A stretch of DNA of 64,000 bases from Malacoraja senta (Eukaryota), in NCBI GenBank assembly GCA_038087875.1, contig CM075989.1, positions 19,842,001-19,906,000 on the forward strand. The letters run 5' to 3'. A program made the translations under genes and the position numbers. Below, piece by piece: positions 12,441 to 25,634 of this stretch (positions are counted from its first letter, which is position 1; every line of letters starts with the position of its first letter). A model generated the notes under the pieces. That model saw nothing but the letters and a program-made list of their open reading frames with translations, made no database searches and had not been told where the DNA came from.

Positions 12441-13442
12441 ATCCCTAGTTATCTGAATTATCTGAAGAAGGGTCTCAACCCAAAACGTCATCCATTCCTT
12501 CTCTCCAGAGATGCTGCCTGACCCGCTGAGTTATTCCAGCGTTTCTCAGAGAGTCCGATAGAGCTCTTAAAGATAGCGGTCAAGGGATATGGGGAGAGGG
12601 CAGGAACGGGGTACTGATTGTGGATGATCACCCATGATCACAGTGAATGGCGGTGCTGGCTCAAAGAGCCAAATGGCCTACTCCTGCACCTATTGTCTAT
12701 TGTCTACCTTTGATTTAAACCAGCATGTGCAGTTCTTTCCTACACATCCTGTAAATTATCCCTAATGTGTAGGATAGTGCTAATGTACGTGGATTGCTGG
12801 TCGACGCGGACTCGGTGGGCCGAAGGGCCTGTTTCTGTGCTGTATCTCTGAACAAAAACTAAACTAAGATGCTGCCTAACTCGCTGACTACCTCCAGCAG
12901 TTTTTATTTGCTCTAAGCTATTCCCATATGTAAAAAGTAAAAAATATTCCACTCACTCCCATATTTCCCTCACTGCCATTTGCTCAACCCATCTCTCTAA
13001 TAGCACCATCAGTTGTAAAAACCCCTCTTTTTTTTCGAAAACAACAAAAGGAAGTTATATGACCAGAATCCATTTCCAATGCTTTATTTCCTTTGGTATG
13101 TTGTTACGAAATAAATTTTGCTGCAATCTTTCCCTTGCTCATGTGATATGAATCGAAGCAATTATGCAATTCTTTCTGGCAACATGTCAACATGTATCTG
13201 TATTGTGGCTGCTACGATTGACACTGCCCCTGCGCTCAGACACCCGGACTCTGGCGATGTAATAGACCCACTGGAGAATGGCAGCGGAAATCACCACAAC
13301 TCTCAATTTGCCATTGAATGCATTGGGAGAAAAAATAGTGTGTTCCCACCATGGAGGCAGTGTTGGTAGAAGCTTTGGAAAGCATAGCAGAGATGAACAA
13401 CATATTCGTACACCATGTTTTGGAAAGGTCAGAAACACAGTG

Positions 13443-14075
13443 GCAGCACGGTGGCGCGGCGGTAGAGTTGCTGCCTAACAGCGCCAGAGTCCCGGTTCGA
13501 TCCTGACGATGGGTGCTGTCTGTACGGAGTTTGTACGTTCTCTGCCATGGGTTTTCACCGGGAGCTCCGGTGTCCTCCCACACTCCAAAGACGTACAGGT
13601 TTGTAGGTTAACTGGCTTCGGTAAAATTGTAAATTGTCCCTGGTGTGTCGGATAATAATAATAATAATAATAATGCATTTTATTTATGGACGCCTTTCAG
13701 GACTCTCAAGGACACCTTACAGATTAAAACAAGCAAATTAAAAACATATAATCAAAATGAAACAAAAACAAGAAGTAGTAGGGACAGCAAAAATACACAA
13801 TTCGAAGAGAGAGCAGCGGCAGCTAGTCGAGCCAGCGTTCACTGTCACTTCCGGCAGCCATCTTGGAAACAGAACAATCCAAAACACATTTTAACATGAA
13901 CATCCACCACAGTGATTCCTACACACTCCTCACTGTGGTGGAAGGCGAAATAAAGTTCAAGTCCTTCCCCTAGTTCTTCCTCGGTCGTGGGCCTCGAGCC
14001 CCATTGTGCTAGTGTAATCGCTGGTCGGCACGGACTTGGGCCGAAGTGCCAGTTTCTGCTCTGAATCACTAAATG
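13443..14075 (+). mobile_element. V-SINE interrupted (~13651-14005) by a minus-strand L2-type tail and further repeat sequence
   Basis: SINE head 13443-13650 and tail 14010-14075. The insert begins with (taa)n and the reverse complement of tgtaaggtgtccttgag...ataaataaaatg. Confidence 0.7.
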
Positions 14076-15149
14076 CTAATATATGTCTAAACTTTGAACG
14101 TTGGAGAAAGTCATCGACCATGTGATTCGGGGTGGTTGACCTGAAACATTAACAGTTCCACACTCTCTGCAAGTGTTGCCTAACCATTGGTATTTCCAGC
14201 ACAGAACATAGAACAGTACAGCACAGGAACAGGCCCTTCAGCCCACAATGTCTGTCCTGATCATGATGCCAAGTTGAACTAATCATCTCTGCCTGCACTT
14301 GATCCATATCCCTTCATGCCCGGAATATCCATATGCCTTTCTAAAAAGCCTCTTAAAAGCCACTATCATAGCCGGACCAGCTGCTTGTGTAAAGGAAATG
14401 CACAAAATGCTGGAGTAACTCAGCAGGTCAGGCAGCATTTCTGGAGAACATGGAGACATGATGTTTCGGGTCGGTCTGAAGAAAAGTTCCAAACCCGAAA
14501 TGTCAACTATCCACATTCTCCAGAGATGCGGGCTGACCCGCTGGGTTACTCCAGCACTTTGTGTTTTATTTTGTAAACAGCATCTGCAGCTACCTGTCCA
14601 GTCCCTTTTCAAAGATAGACACAAAGCGCTGGAGTAACTCAGAGGGCCGGGCAGCATCTCTGTAGAAAAAGGAATAGGTGGCATTTCGGGTCAGGACCCT
14701 TCTTCAGACTTCAGTCCCAACCCAAAACATTGCGTTGTTTTTTTCTCCGGAGATGCTGAGTTACTCCAGCACTTTGTGTCTAACTATGGTATAAACCGGC
14801 ATCTGCAGTTCTTTCTTTCTTCTAGTTCCTTTTCAAAACTGGTTAGGTGTCGTACAACGTCGCGGTCTAACCCTGGCATTGATTGCATTTGTCCACAGTG
14901 TCCTTGGCTTGTGACACCTGATCCTGAAAAAATGCTGAGACTAACACACCCTGCTGGAAATGCACATCCACGTATCTGCCCAATACTGCCACTGGCCTGT
15001 TAATGGGAAAGTGCCTTGCATCAAGGCAATGTCAGCATAGTCAGAGCGTATAAATTACGACCGAGAATCAGGAGTTGTTTCATTTACCATCTTTGTGAAC
15101 TTCCCTGCCTGTCCAGTTCATGCAGAAAGAGCTTGTTTCACTAAATGCT

Positions 15150-17419
15150 CAAGAAAGTTAGATAGGGTTGAGATTTTTGATTGGAGAAAGGCTAACTTTG
15201 AGGAGATGCGAAAGGATTTAAAAGGAGTGAATTGGGACATGTTGTTTTATGGGAAGGATGTAGAAGAGAAATGGAGGACATTTAAAGGTGAAATTTTAAG
15301 AGTACAGAATCTTTATGTCCCTGTTCGGTTGAAAGGAAATAGTAAAAATTGGAAAGAGCCATGGTTTTCAAGGGAAATTGGACACGGTTCGGAAAAAGAG
15401 AGAGATCTACAATAATTATAGGCAGCATGGAGTAAATGAGGTGCTTGAGGAGTATAAAGAATGTAAAAAGAATATTAAGAAAGAAATTAGAAAAGCTAAA
15501 AGAAGATATGAGGTTGCTTTGGCAAGTAAGGTGAAAGTAAATCCAAAGGGTTTCTACAGCTATATTAATAGCAAAAGGATAACAAGGAATAAAATTGGTC
15601 CATTAGAGAGTCAGAGTGGACAGCTATCTGCAGAGCCAAAAGAGATGGGGGAGATACTGAACAATTTCTTTTCTTCGGTATTCACCAAGGAGAAGGATAT
15701 GGAATTATGTGAGGTAAGGGAAACAAGCAGAGTAGCAATGGAAACTATGAGATTCAAAGAAGAGGAGGTGCGGACACTTTTGAAAAATATGAAAATGGAT
15801 AAGTCTCCAGGTCCTGACAGGATATTCCCGAGGACATTGAGGGAAGTTAGTGTAGAAATAGCAGGGGCTATGACAGAAATATTTCAAATGTCATTAGAAA
15901 CGGGAATAGTGCCGGAGGATTGGCATACTGCGCATGTTGTTCCGTTGTTTAAAAAGGGTTCTAAGAGTAAACCTAGCAATTATAGACCTGTTAGTTTGAT
16001 GTCAGTGGTGGGCAAATTAATGGAAAGGATACTTAAAGATAATATATATATAAGCATCTGGATAAGCAGGGTCTGATTAGGAACAGTCAACATGGATTTG
16101 TGCCTGGAAGGTCATGTTTGACTAATCTTCTAGAATTTTTCGAAGAGGTTACTAGGGAAATTGATGAGGGTAAAGCAGTGGATGTCTATATGGACTTCAG
16201 TAAGGCCTTTGACAAGGTTCCTCATGGAAGGTTGGTTAAGAAGATTAAATTGTTGGGTATTAATGGTGGAGTAGCAAGATGGATTCAACAGTGGCTGAAT
16301 GGGAGATGCCAGAGAGTAATGGTGGATGGCTGTTTGTCAGGTTGGAGGCCGGTGACTAGTGGGGTGCCACAGGGGTCTGTGTTGGGTCCACTGTTGTTTG
16401 TCATGTACATCAATGATCTGGATGATGGTGTGGAAAATTGGATTAGTAAGTATGCAGATGATACTAAGATAGGTGGTGTGGTGGATAATGAAGTAGATTT
16501 TCAAAGTCTACAGAGAGATTTAGGCCATTTGGAAGAGTGGGCTGAAAGATGGCAGATGGAGTTTAATGCTGATAAATGTGAGGTACTACATCTCGGCAGG
16601 ACAAATCAAAATAGGACGTACATGGTAAATGGTAGAGAATTGAGGAATGCAGTTGAACAGAGGGATCTAGGAATAACTGTGCATAGTTCACTGAAGGTGG
16701 AATCTCATGTAGATAGGGTGGTAAAGAAAGCTTTTGATGTGCTGGCCTTTATAAATCAGAGCATTGAATATAGAAGTTGGGATGTAATGTTAAAATTGTA
16801 CAAGGCATTGGTGAGGCCAATTCTGGAGTATGGAGTACAATTTTGGTCGCCTAATTATAGGAAGGATGTCAACAAAATAGAGAGAGTACAGAGGAGATTT
16901 ACTAGAATGTTGCCTGTGTTTCAGCAACTAAGTTACAGAGAAAGGTTGAACAAGTTAGGTCTTTATTCTTTGGAGCGCAGAAGGTTAAGAGGGGACTTGA
17001 TAGAGGTCTTTAAAATTATGAGCGGGTTAGACAGAGTTGACGTGGATAAGCTTTTTCCATTGAGAGTAGGGAAGATTTAAACAAGGGGACATGATTTGAG
17101 AATTAAGGGACAGAAGTTTAGTGGTAACATTAGGGGGAACTTCTTTACTCAGAGAGTGGTAGCTGTGTGGAATGAGCTTCCAGTGGAAGTGGTGGAGGCT
17201 GGTTCGATTTTATCCTTTAAAAATAGATTGGATGGGTATATGGACGGGAAAGGAATGGAGGGTTATGGTCTGAGTGCAGGTAGATGGGACTAGGGGGAAG
17301 TATTTATTTAAAAAATTAAAAAAAAATTAAAAATAATTTAAATTTTTTTTTTAAATGTTCGGCACGGACTTGAAGGGCCGAGATGGCCTGTTTCCGTGCT
17401 GTAATGGTTATATGGTTAT
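15150..17419 (+). mobile_element. CR1 LINE (HER1-like), 5'-truncated ORF2 with RT domain, frameshifted
   Basis: Consecutive ORFs 15095-15415, 15378-16076 and 16100-17080 contain KSPGPDRI, PEDW..AHVVPLFKKG..PSNYRPVSL, MDFSKAFDKVPH, SGVPQGSVLGPLLF, SKYADDTK and LEYGVQFWSP. The 3' tail is ggcctgtttccgtgctgta followed by (atggttat)x2. Confidence 0.95.
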
Positions 17420-18102
17420 TTGGGCAAAAGTACAAAAGGCTGGAGGAACTGAACAGGTCAGGCAGCATCTGTGGAGGGAAATGACATTTCAACGACATTT
17501 CGGATCGAGACCCTTCTTCAGACTGACTCCGTATGGCTTTAGTGGTGAGTCTGGGTCAGAACACTACTGAAGAGCAGCGGGGAATCACAGAGGGGGAGCA
17601 GTGAGAGAGGGTCTCACAGAACTCCCACTAGGGAGAGGAGGAGAACTTGATCAAAGTAGTCATACGTTCGCAGTGGAGCAGTGAAATGGAGATGCAAGAA
17701 ACTGCAGATGCTGGAATCTTGAGCAAAACATAGTGCTGGAAGACACAATGCTGGAGTAACTCAGCGGGGTCAGGCGGCATCTCTGGAGAACTTTCGATAG
17801 GTGACTTTTCGAGTTGGCATCCTTCTTCAGACTGACAATTGACCTACAAGTCCATATGTCTTTGGGATGTGGGAGGAAACCAGAGCACACGGAGGAAACC
17901 CATGCCGTCACAGGGAGAATGTGGAAACTCCACATAGACAGCAGCCGAGGTCAGGATCGAACCTGGGTCTCGGGTCCTGTGAGGCAGCAATTCTACCAGC
18001 TGCATCACTGTGCGGATACCGTTGCTCATTCCATTATCATGCCCATGAGCTGGTCATGGTAGAGAATCACAAACGTCCAACCATGCCTCGTATGTTACAA
18101 CC

Positions 18103-18399
18103 GGTGGCGGCACGGTGGCGCAGCGGTAGAGCGACCGCATTATAGCACCAGAGACCAGGGTTCGATCCTGACTACGGGTGCTGTCTGTATGGAGTTTGTA
18201 CTTTCTCCCCGTCAGCTGCATGGGTTTTCTCCGAGATCTTCGGTTTCCTCCCACACTCCAAAGACGTACAGGTTTGTAGGTTAATTGGCTTTGCTACAGA
18301 TATAAATTGTCCCTTGTGTGCTAATGTGTGGGGATCGCTGGTCGATGCAGACTTGGTGGGCGCTAGGGCCTGTTTCCGTGCTGTATCTCAAAACTAAAC
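18103..18399 (+). mobile_element. V-SINE (HE1-like), full length
   Basis: A box, B box ggttcgatcc, V-domain, and tail gggcctgtttccgtgctgtatctc plus aaact. Confidence 0.88.
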
Positions 18400-20359
18400 A
18401 AAAAATAATAGTACCTCTGAATAAATGGCAGCACTTGATCTAACTTAAAAACTTTGCCCTAAAGCATTGAGCCATCTGGAGACTTCATGAGCACAGTCAT
18501 TTATAAAGAGCTGCCTGCCCCAGCCAAGAGAAATCCTGTCCTGAAGACCTATTTTGTTTTCTGACACTGACCTGACTGGAACCTGATGCATATCACCAGA
18601 TCCTCTCACTCTGGGCTTGGGTTGTTTGGCCATCGAGGGTCATTTGATCTGAAGCAATTCACAGAGCGGTCAACCGATGGGAGGGCCTGAGTTAATGAAT
18701 AAACTGTGGATATATTTCTCTGAAACGCAGGAGACTGAGGGGTGGCCTCACAGAGGTTTATAAAATCATGAGGGGCATGGATAAGGTGAATGATATTGTT
18801 TTTATCCAAGGGTAGGAAGTTTGAAACTAGAGGGAATTGATTGAAGTGGAGATTAACTACCGCTTGTAAATGGAGTTTGCAGATCAGGGGCTGTTTGTCT
18901 ATTTCTGGCTTCAGGTCAAGTGAAACAGAATGATACGGTTGGTTCTTTGATGTCTCTGCTCGAGCGGGTCTGTGAGTACGCTGCTCGTCCAGAGAGTCGC
19001 ATACTTTGGAAAGTATATTTTTAATTCTGCTTTCACTTCCTCTCAGGCACTCCGTTGAGGTTGCGACTTAATTCCTCTCCAGTTCTGTGGGTTCAGAGGA
19101 GGCTAATGAGGCTGATTATGAGCCCTGCAGATGTTGTCACAGGCGGGGCAGGAGTTAGTCGTGGCGGGCAAGCGGGTTGTCTGAGACCACGAGACCTCTT
19201 TTCTCCTATTTTACTTCCGAGATACAGCGCGGAAACAGGCCCTTAGGCTCACCAAGGCCACGCCAACCAGCGATCACCACTATTGTACTCACTAGGGACA
19301 ATCTATAGAAGCCAATTAACCTGTACGTCTTTGGAGTATGGGGGGAAACTGGAATACCCGGAGAAAACCCACAGGGTCATGGGGAGAACGTACAAACTCC
19401 ATACAGACAGCACCCGTTGTCAGAATTGAACCCTGGTCTCTGGCTCTGTAAGGCAGCAACTCTACCGTTGAGCCAATCTGCCACCCATTCTGACCGTGTG
19501 TGTTTCCTCCGGTTTCGCCGGATTCCACCAACATCCCAAAGTATTGCAGGTTTGTAGGTTAATTCATATGTTATAGGAGCAGAGTTAGGCCATTCGGCCC
19601 ATCAAGTCTACACCATTCAAACAAGGCTGATCTATCTGTCCCTCTCAATCCCATTCTCCTGCCTTCTCCCCATAACCCCCGATACCCTTACTGATCAAGA
19701 ATCCGTCAATCTCCGCCTTAAAAATATCCATTGACTTGGCCTCCACAGCCTTCTGTGGCAATGGATTCCACAGATTCACCACCCTCTGACTACAGAAATT
19801 CATCTTCTCTAATTGGCCCCCTGTAAATGACCCCGAGTAGGTGAGAAAGTGCAATGACATAGAATTAGTGGGAATGATTTATCAAAGGTCGGCGTGGACT
19901 CGGTGGGAGAAAGGGCCTGTATCCATGCTGTTTCTCCAAAACTAAAAAAAATATAGTTACACTGAACACCAGGATAAAAGCAAGGCTATGGAAGGGAAGT
20001 AATTTTTCAAAGTTTGCTTTCACATTTACTTTCACTAAATGTGGTGTTGGTGAAGCCAGCAGATTGGTGCAACATTGTCGTGTGAGATTGAAGACTCTTG
20101 ACATCAACATTCTTAGTATTAGTCACCATGAGCAGATTCATTGTTTGCATTTCAAAGCTCTGATCCACATCCCAAATTGCGGTGGGGGGTTTAGGGGGGG
20201 GAAGGGGCAGAGGGCGCAGCTACATGGAAAACACAAGGTGCTGGAGAAACTCAGCAGGTCAGGCAGCATCCATGGAGGAAAGGGATAGGCAACGTTTCTG
20301 GTCGGGATCCTTCTTCAGGCTGATTGTAACTTCCGTCGGGGAGAGGAGGTGAACTTCAT

Positions 20360-20700
20360 GAGTTCATGAGTGACAGGAGCAGAATTAGGCCATTCAGCCC
20401 ATCAATTCTACTCCACCATTCAATCATGGCTGATCTATCTCTCTCAGAACCCCATTCTCCTGCCTTCTCCCCTGACACCCGTACTAATCAAGAATCTTTC
20501 TGCATCTGAAAGTATCCATTGACTTGGTCTCCACGGTCTTCTGAGGCAAAGAATCCCACAGATTCACCACCCTCTGACTAAAGAAATTCCTCCTCCACTC
20601 ATTCCTAAAGGAACATCCTTTAATTCTGAAGCTGTGTCCTCTGGTCCTAGACTGTCCCGCTAGTGGAAACATCTTCTCCACATCCACTCTATCCAAAGCC
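20360..20700 (-). mobile_element. CR1 LINE 3' fragment
   Basis: DRVDVEKMFPL...RTRGHSFRIKG...FFSQRVVNLW. Confidence 0.85.
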
Positions 20701-22057
20701 TGTCTTCAATGTAGGTGTAACTTGAGAAGATTTTGGAGTGGAGCAGCAAAAGGAAGCACAAGAAACTGCAAATGTTTGGAATCTTGACCAAAACACAAAG
20801 TGCTGGATAATCTCAGCGGGTCAGGCAGCATCTGTGGAGGCGATGGACAGGCGACGTTTTGAGTCAGGATGGAGTTTAAAGTGGTTGTTCTTGGCTGTTT
20901 GTAGAACGCAAATGTTGAGGTGGTGGGTGGTGGGGGGGGTCACAACATATGTACAATGCGCCTGATTTATAAAGCACCTCATTCTCGACCTTGAAGATAA
21001 CTTTTCACAAGCATGGAAATGGGCTCAGTTCCACATAAAGATTTTGCCACAATTCTCTGATACTGGGGAAACATTTCTGGTAATGTCTTAAAATAATTTA
21101 ATTGGGTCCCGACCCAAAACATCACCTGTCCTTTTTCTCCAGAGATGCTGCCTGACCCACTGTGTTACTCCAGCACTTTGTGTCTACCTATGGTATAAAC
21201 CAGCATCTTCAGTTTAGTTCAGTTCAGTTTAGCTCAGTTTAGTTGAGTTGAGTTGAGTTTGACAATAGACATTAGGCAATAGACAATAGGTGAATTATGC
21301 CCTTAGAGCCAGCACCGCCGTTCACTGTGATCATGGCTGATCATACACAATCAGTTACCCGTTCCTGCTTGCTCCCTATAATCTATTGACTCCATTATCT
21401 TTAAGAACTCTATCTAACTCTCTCTTGAAAACATCCAGAGAATTGGCCTCCACTGCCTTCTGAGGCAGAGAATTCCACCGATTCGCAACTTTCTGGGTGA
21501 AAAGTTCATAGTTCAATTCAGTTTAGTTTCATTTAGTTCAGTTCCGCTCAGTTTAGTTCGGATCCTTCAACTGTCAGAGCTGCCCACAGTTCAAACACCC
21601 AACCAAGAGCCAAGGAGAGAGTTGAGCTTATCACGACAGCGACTCTGCATCCATTGGAAGGATCTCTAGGAAGAGCTCCTCAAGAACGGCTGTAAATAGG
21701 TGACACGACACACAATAGAAAAGCTTCCAAAGTAACGGTCGTTTCTGGTCAAGTGGAGACTGGCGTTTGTGTGCCAGCACAGTCCGCCTTATCGTGACCT
21801 TTCCTGAAAATGATTAACAATGACAACATCATCCTGCCGGTCTGAACATGGGGAATGAGTAACTTGTCAACAAGTGGTTAGCACAGCCATGGGACCGAGT
21901 TAATAGGTCACATATTAATAGGAAGTCAAAGGCAGGCTGATGTTAAAATAGTGTAAAATGTATGAGCAATGTTACAGCAAAAATCAGTGTTTAAATATTC
22001 TCCAGGATGTTACCTGGGCTTGTGGGCTTGAGTTGTAGGGGAAGTTGGATTGTGCAA

Positions 22058-22366
22058 TTTAGTTTAGAGATACAACGTGGAAACATGTCCTTCGTCCCAG
22101 CGAGTCCGCGCCGACCAGCGATCCCCGCACATTAACACTATCCTACACACACACACACACACACACTAGGGACAATTTATAATTTTACCAACGCCAATTA
22201 GCCGACAAACCTGTATGTCATTGGAGCGTGGAAGAAAACCCGAGCACCCGGTGAAAACCCACGTGGTCATGGGGAGAACGTGCAAACTCCGTACAGACAG
22301 CACCCGTAGTCAGGATCGAATCTGGGTCTCCGGCGCTGTGAGGCAGCAACTCTACCGCTGCGCACC
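22058..22366 (-). mobile_element. V-SINE with an internal (CA)n expansion
   Basis: Minus-strand SINE head, V-domain and tail. It sits between two ~117-bp direct repeats. Confidence 0.85.
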
Positions 22367-23384
22367 TGATGTTGATGCTAAACATGACCGTATGCTGATG
22401 TTAAAATAGTGTAAAATGTATAAGCAATGTTACAGCAAAAATCAATGTTTAAATATTCACCAGAATGTCACTTGGGCTTGTGGGCTGGAGTGGTAGGGAG
22501 ATGTTGGATTGGCTGAGATTTTTTCTATGGAGCGTGGGGGGGGTGAAGGGTGACGTTATTGAGGTGGACACAATCATGAGGAACATGGATAAAGTGAATG
22601 CTTTTTCCCAGGGGAGAGGAAAGGTCAGTATGGGAATGGGAAGGGGTCTTAAAATGTTTGTCAACAGGGAGATCGTGTAGCTACGTTTTCCGCTTCATGG
22701 TATTAAACGCAGCCAGGTTCCCATTTTTACAATGGTTAACAAAATACCAATTTCATATTTCATATTCATTCTGATAGTAAGCCCGTGTATATTAGTTATT
22801 CTGGAGTGAAGATAGACACAAAATGCTGGAGTAACTCAGTGGGATGGGCAGCATCTCTGGAAAGAAGGAATGGGTGACGTTTCGGGTCCAGACCCTACAT
22901 ATTACAGATTGTTGTTGATTATTAGTTGTCCAAGAAAAATTAAGTTAATTGTCTATATTTTATTTGTCTTGCGTTTGTTTAGTTTTCTTGAAAAGAATAG
23001 TCAATTGCAATGTGACTATTGCGTCAATAGCAATAGAATAGTCAATAAAGTGTCAGCATTACATCCCTGCCTTCAATATTCTAGTCCTCTCGAAATAAAT
23101 GCTCACATGCATTTTGCCTTCCTTACTACCGATAAGTCTCATTTGGCTGGGTAGCACGTAAAGGATAATTTTCACTGTATCTCGGTACATGACACTATAA
23201 GAATACAATACCAGGAATTATTGTCATGTCAGGTGTTGTTGTTCAAACTAGAAGCCCTTTAGCAAAGGATTGTTTCTTAGAAAGTCTGAAGAAGGGTCTC
23301 GACCCCGAAACATCACCCATTCCTTCTCTCCAGAGATGCTGTCGGTCCCGCTGAGTTACTCCAGCATTTTGTGTCTATCTTCAA

Positions 23385-23507
23385 ATGACGTCACGCGCTC
23401 CGGACGGCTGTGCGGACGCATGATGGCGCACGTGACCGTCGCGCGACAGTCGCGCTTCAGTCACTACCGGCCTGTCGCGTAAATGACGGCCAAGTGGGAC
23501 AGGCCCT
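23385..23507. mobile_element. Harbinger-like MITE, right end only
   Basis: CpG-rich segment ending caagtgggacaggccct followed by tta. Confidence 0.65.
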
Positions 23508-23599
23508 TTAGGTTTAGTTTAGTTTATTGTCACGTGTACCAAGGTACAGTGAAAAGTTGTTTCGTTTTCTTGAAAAGAATAGTCAATTGGAACATGTTC

Positions 23600-23795
23600 A
23601 TTCATTGTTCTCTATCTCTCCGCATCACTGTCTATATCTCTCATTTCCCTTATCCCTAACCAGTCTGAAAAGGGTTTCGACCTGAAACGTCACCCATTCC
23701 TTCTCTCCAGAGATGCTGCCTGTCCCGCTGAGTTACTCAAGCTTTTTGTGCATATCATCGGTTCAAACTAGCGTCTGCAGTTCCTTCTTACACAC
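23600..23795 (+). mobile_element. Penelope-like terminal repeat, longer copy with upstream pyrimidine-rich sequence
   Basis: ...ccctaaccagtctgaaaagggtttcgacctgaaacgtcacccattcc...gcagttccttcttacaca. Confidence 0.75.
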
Positions 23796-24242
23796 AGTGT
23801 GTTATGAATTGTGTTGAAGTGCTTGGTGGTGGTACGACATTTTGCAGGCAAAATGTGAATGTGGATGTGAAGCAGCTGGGAATAATTTTACAACTGCAAT
23901 GCTTGATTAATTTGAATCTCCTTTGTCAAAGTAACCATCACCTGGAAACGATCAGTAGCCGGTTTCTGTACTGAAGCACAATGATGCCTTTTTACGCAGG
24001 GTCTGAGTAACGAGGCTGTTCTTAAAATGACAACATGGTTCCTTATCTGTCTCACTCACCATTCTGACCTTCACCTACCTCACTTCCACGTTTTCATGGA
24101 CACGCATCTTATTAATTGGACAAATAAGCTCATTCCCTCTTCCACCATTTCTCAATCATTCCCTCTTCTCCTCTTTCCCGTCGAGCAGAAGATATAAGAG
24201 CTTGGAAGGCACGTACCACCAGACTCGAGAACAGCTTCTCCC

Positions 24243-24463
24243 GAAGATAGACACAAAATGCTGGAGTAACTCAGCGGGTCAGGCAGCATCTCTGGAAAAA
24301 TGGGAGTAGGTGACGTTTCAGGTCGAGGCCCTTGAAGAAAGGTCTCGACCCAAGACATCACCTACTCTTTTTCTCCAGAGACGCTGTCTGACCCGCTGAG
24401 TTACTCCAGCATTTTGTGTCTTATCTTTGGCGTAAACCAGCATCTTCAGTTCCTTCCGACACA
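24243..24463 (+). mobile_element. Penelope-like fold-back module inside a Rex1 tail
   Basis: Inverted arms, with an imperfect flanking repeat aacagcttctccc / aacagcttgttccc. Confidence 0.7.
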
Positions 24464-25091
24464 ACAGCTTGTTCCCCTCTGTTATCAGAATTCTGAACGG
24501 TCCACTCATAGTTCAGGGTGCAGTCCCAATCTTGCAACCTGATTGATTGAAAGATACAGCATGGAAACAGGCCCTTCAGCCCACTGAGTCCATGCTGACC
24601 ATCAGTCACATTTAATTATCCGTGGGTTCTTTTTCAAGGGGCACCCAGCCACGGACGTAAACCTGGAGAAGGGGCAGGCAGTCGGCTCGTGCAGAGCACT
24701 CGTCTGCCTGGCGCTGTGACCCACGAATGTCCAGTCTGGCCAGGCCCAGGAGTTTTGACCAAAACCATTGAGTTTTACCTCTGTGGAAGTCAAATTTGTA
24801 ATTTAAAACTTTGATGCACTGCTAGAGTTTGGATTTACAGTTCAGAATGGGAGACGTTGGAAGATTGCCACTTTGAATCAAGAGCAGGCCAGAAATACTG
24901 TAGCGATATCGTGCTGTTGAAATTATTGACAATCTGCGGAGGAGGTGGACAGACGATGTTTTGGGCCAGGACCCTTCCTCAGACTGATTCCTGTTCTGCC
25001 GCCTTTCCATACCCTTACCAGATGTAATCAGTTTGTTTTTGGTCAAGATTTGGGGCCCAAAACCGCTCACGATAATCTAAATGCAGTCTGT

Positions 25092-25278
25092 GTAAGAAAG
25101 AACTGCAGATGCTGGTTTAAATCGATGTTAGACTCAAAAAGCTGGAGTAACTCAGCGGGACAGGTAGCATCTCTGGAGAGAAGGAATGGGTGACGTTTAG
25201 GGTCTGGACCCGATACATCACCCATTCCTTCTCTCCAGAGATGCTGCCTGTCCCACGTTACTCCAGCACATTGTGACA
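25092..25278 (-). mobile_element. Penelope-like fold-back module
   Basis: 13-bp flanking direct repeat aaatgcagtctgt (25079-25091 and 25279-25291). Confidence 0.8.
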
Positions 25279-25381
25279 AAATGCAGTCTGTTCAGTGCCC
25301 TATAAAGTGATAGCATTACATCCCTGCTTTTATATTCTAGTCCTCTCGAAATAAATGCTCAAATTGCATTTGCATTCCTTA

Positions 25382-25634
25382 AGGGCCTGTCCCACTTGGC
25401 GATTTTTTCGGCGACTGCCGACGTCATATCAGTGTAGCCAAAAGATTTTAAAATGTTCAAAATCCAGAGGCGACAAAAAAAAGTTGCGACACTTGAAAAA
25501 ACACCGCACGTCACATTCATCACGCCGCGTCAATCCGTGTCACGCCGCATCACGCCGCAAATTTTTCGGTGATCTGATACGTCAGTCAATGATGCCGGCA
25601 GTCGCCGAAAAAATCGGCAAGTGGGACGGGTCCT
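25382..25634. mobile_element. Harbinger-like MITE (family B)
   Basis: Inverted termini agggcctgtcccacttggcgattttttcggcgactgccg, flanked by tta/taa. The paralogous empty site is at about 23122. Confidence 0.85.

Noticed and set aside
13118..13438. Overlapping short ORFs in unique sequence
   Set aside because: No recognisable protein motifs or clear splice sites.
15095..17080. Functional reverse transcriptase gene
   Set aside because: 5'-truncated, split by at least two frameshifts and a premature stop; a dead CR1 copy.
18103..18180. tRNA-like A and B boxes
   Set aside because: SINE head continuing into the V-domain, not a tRNA gene. The same applies to all copies.
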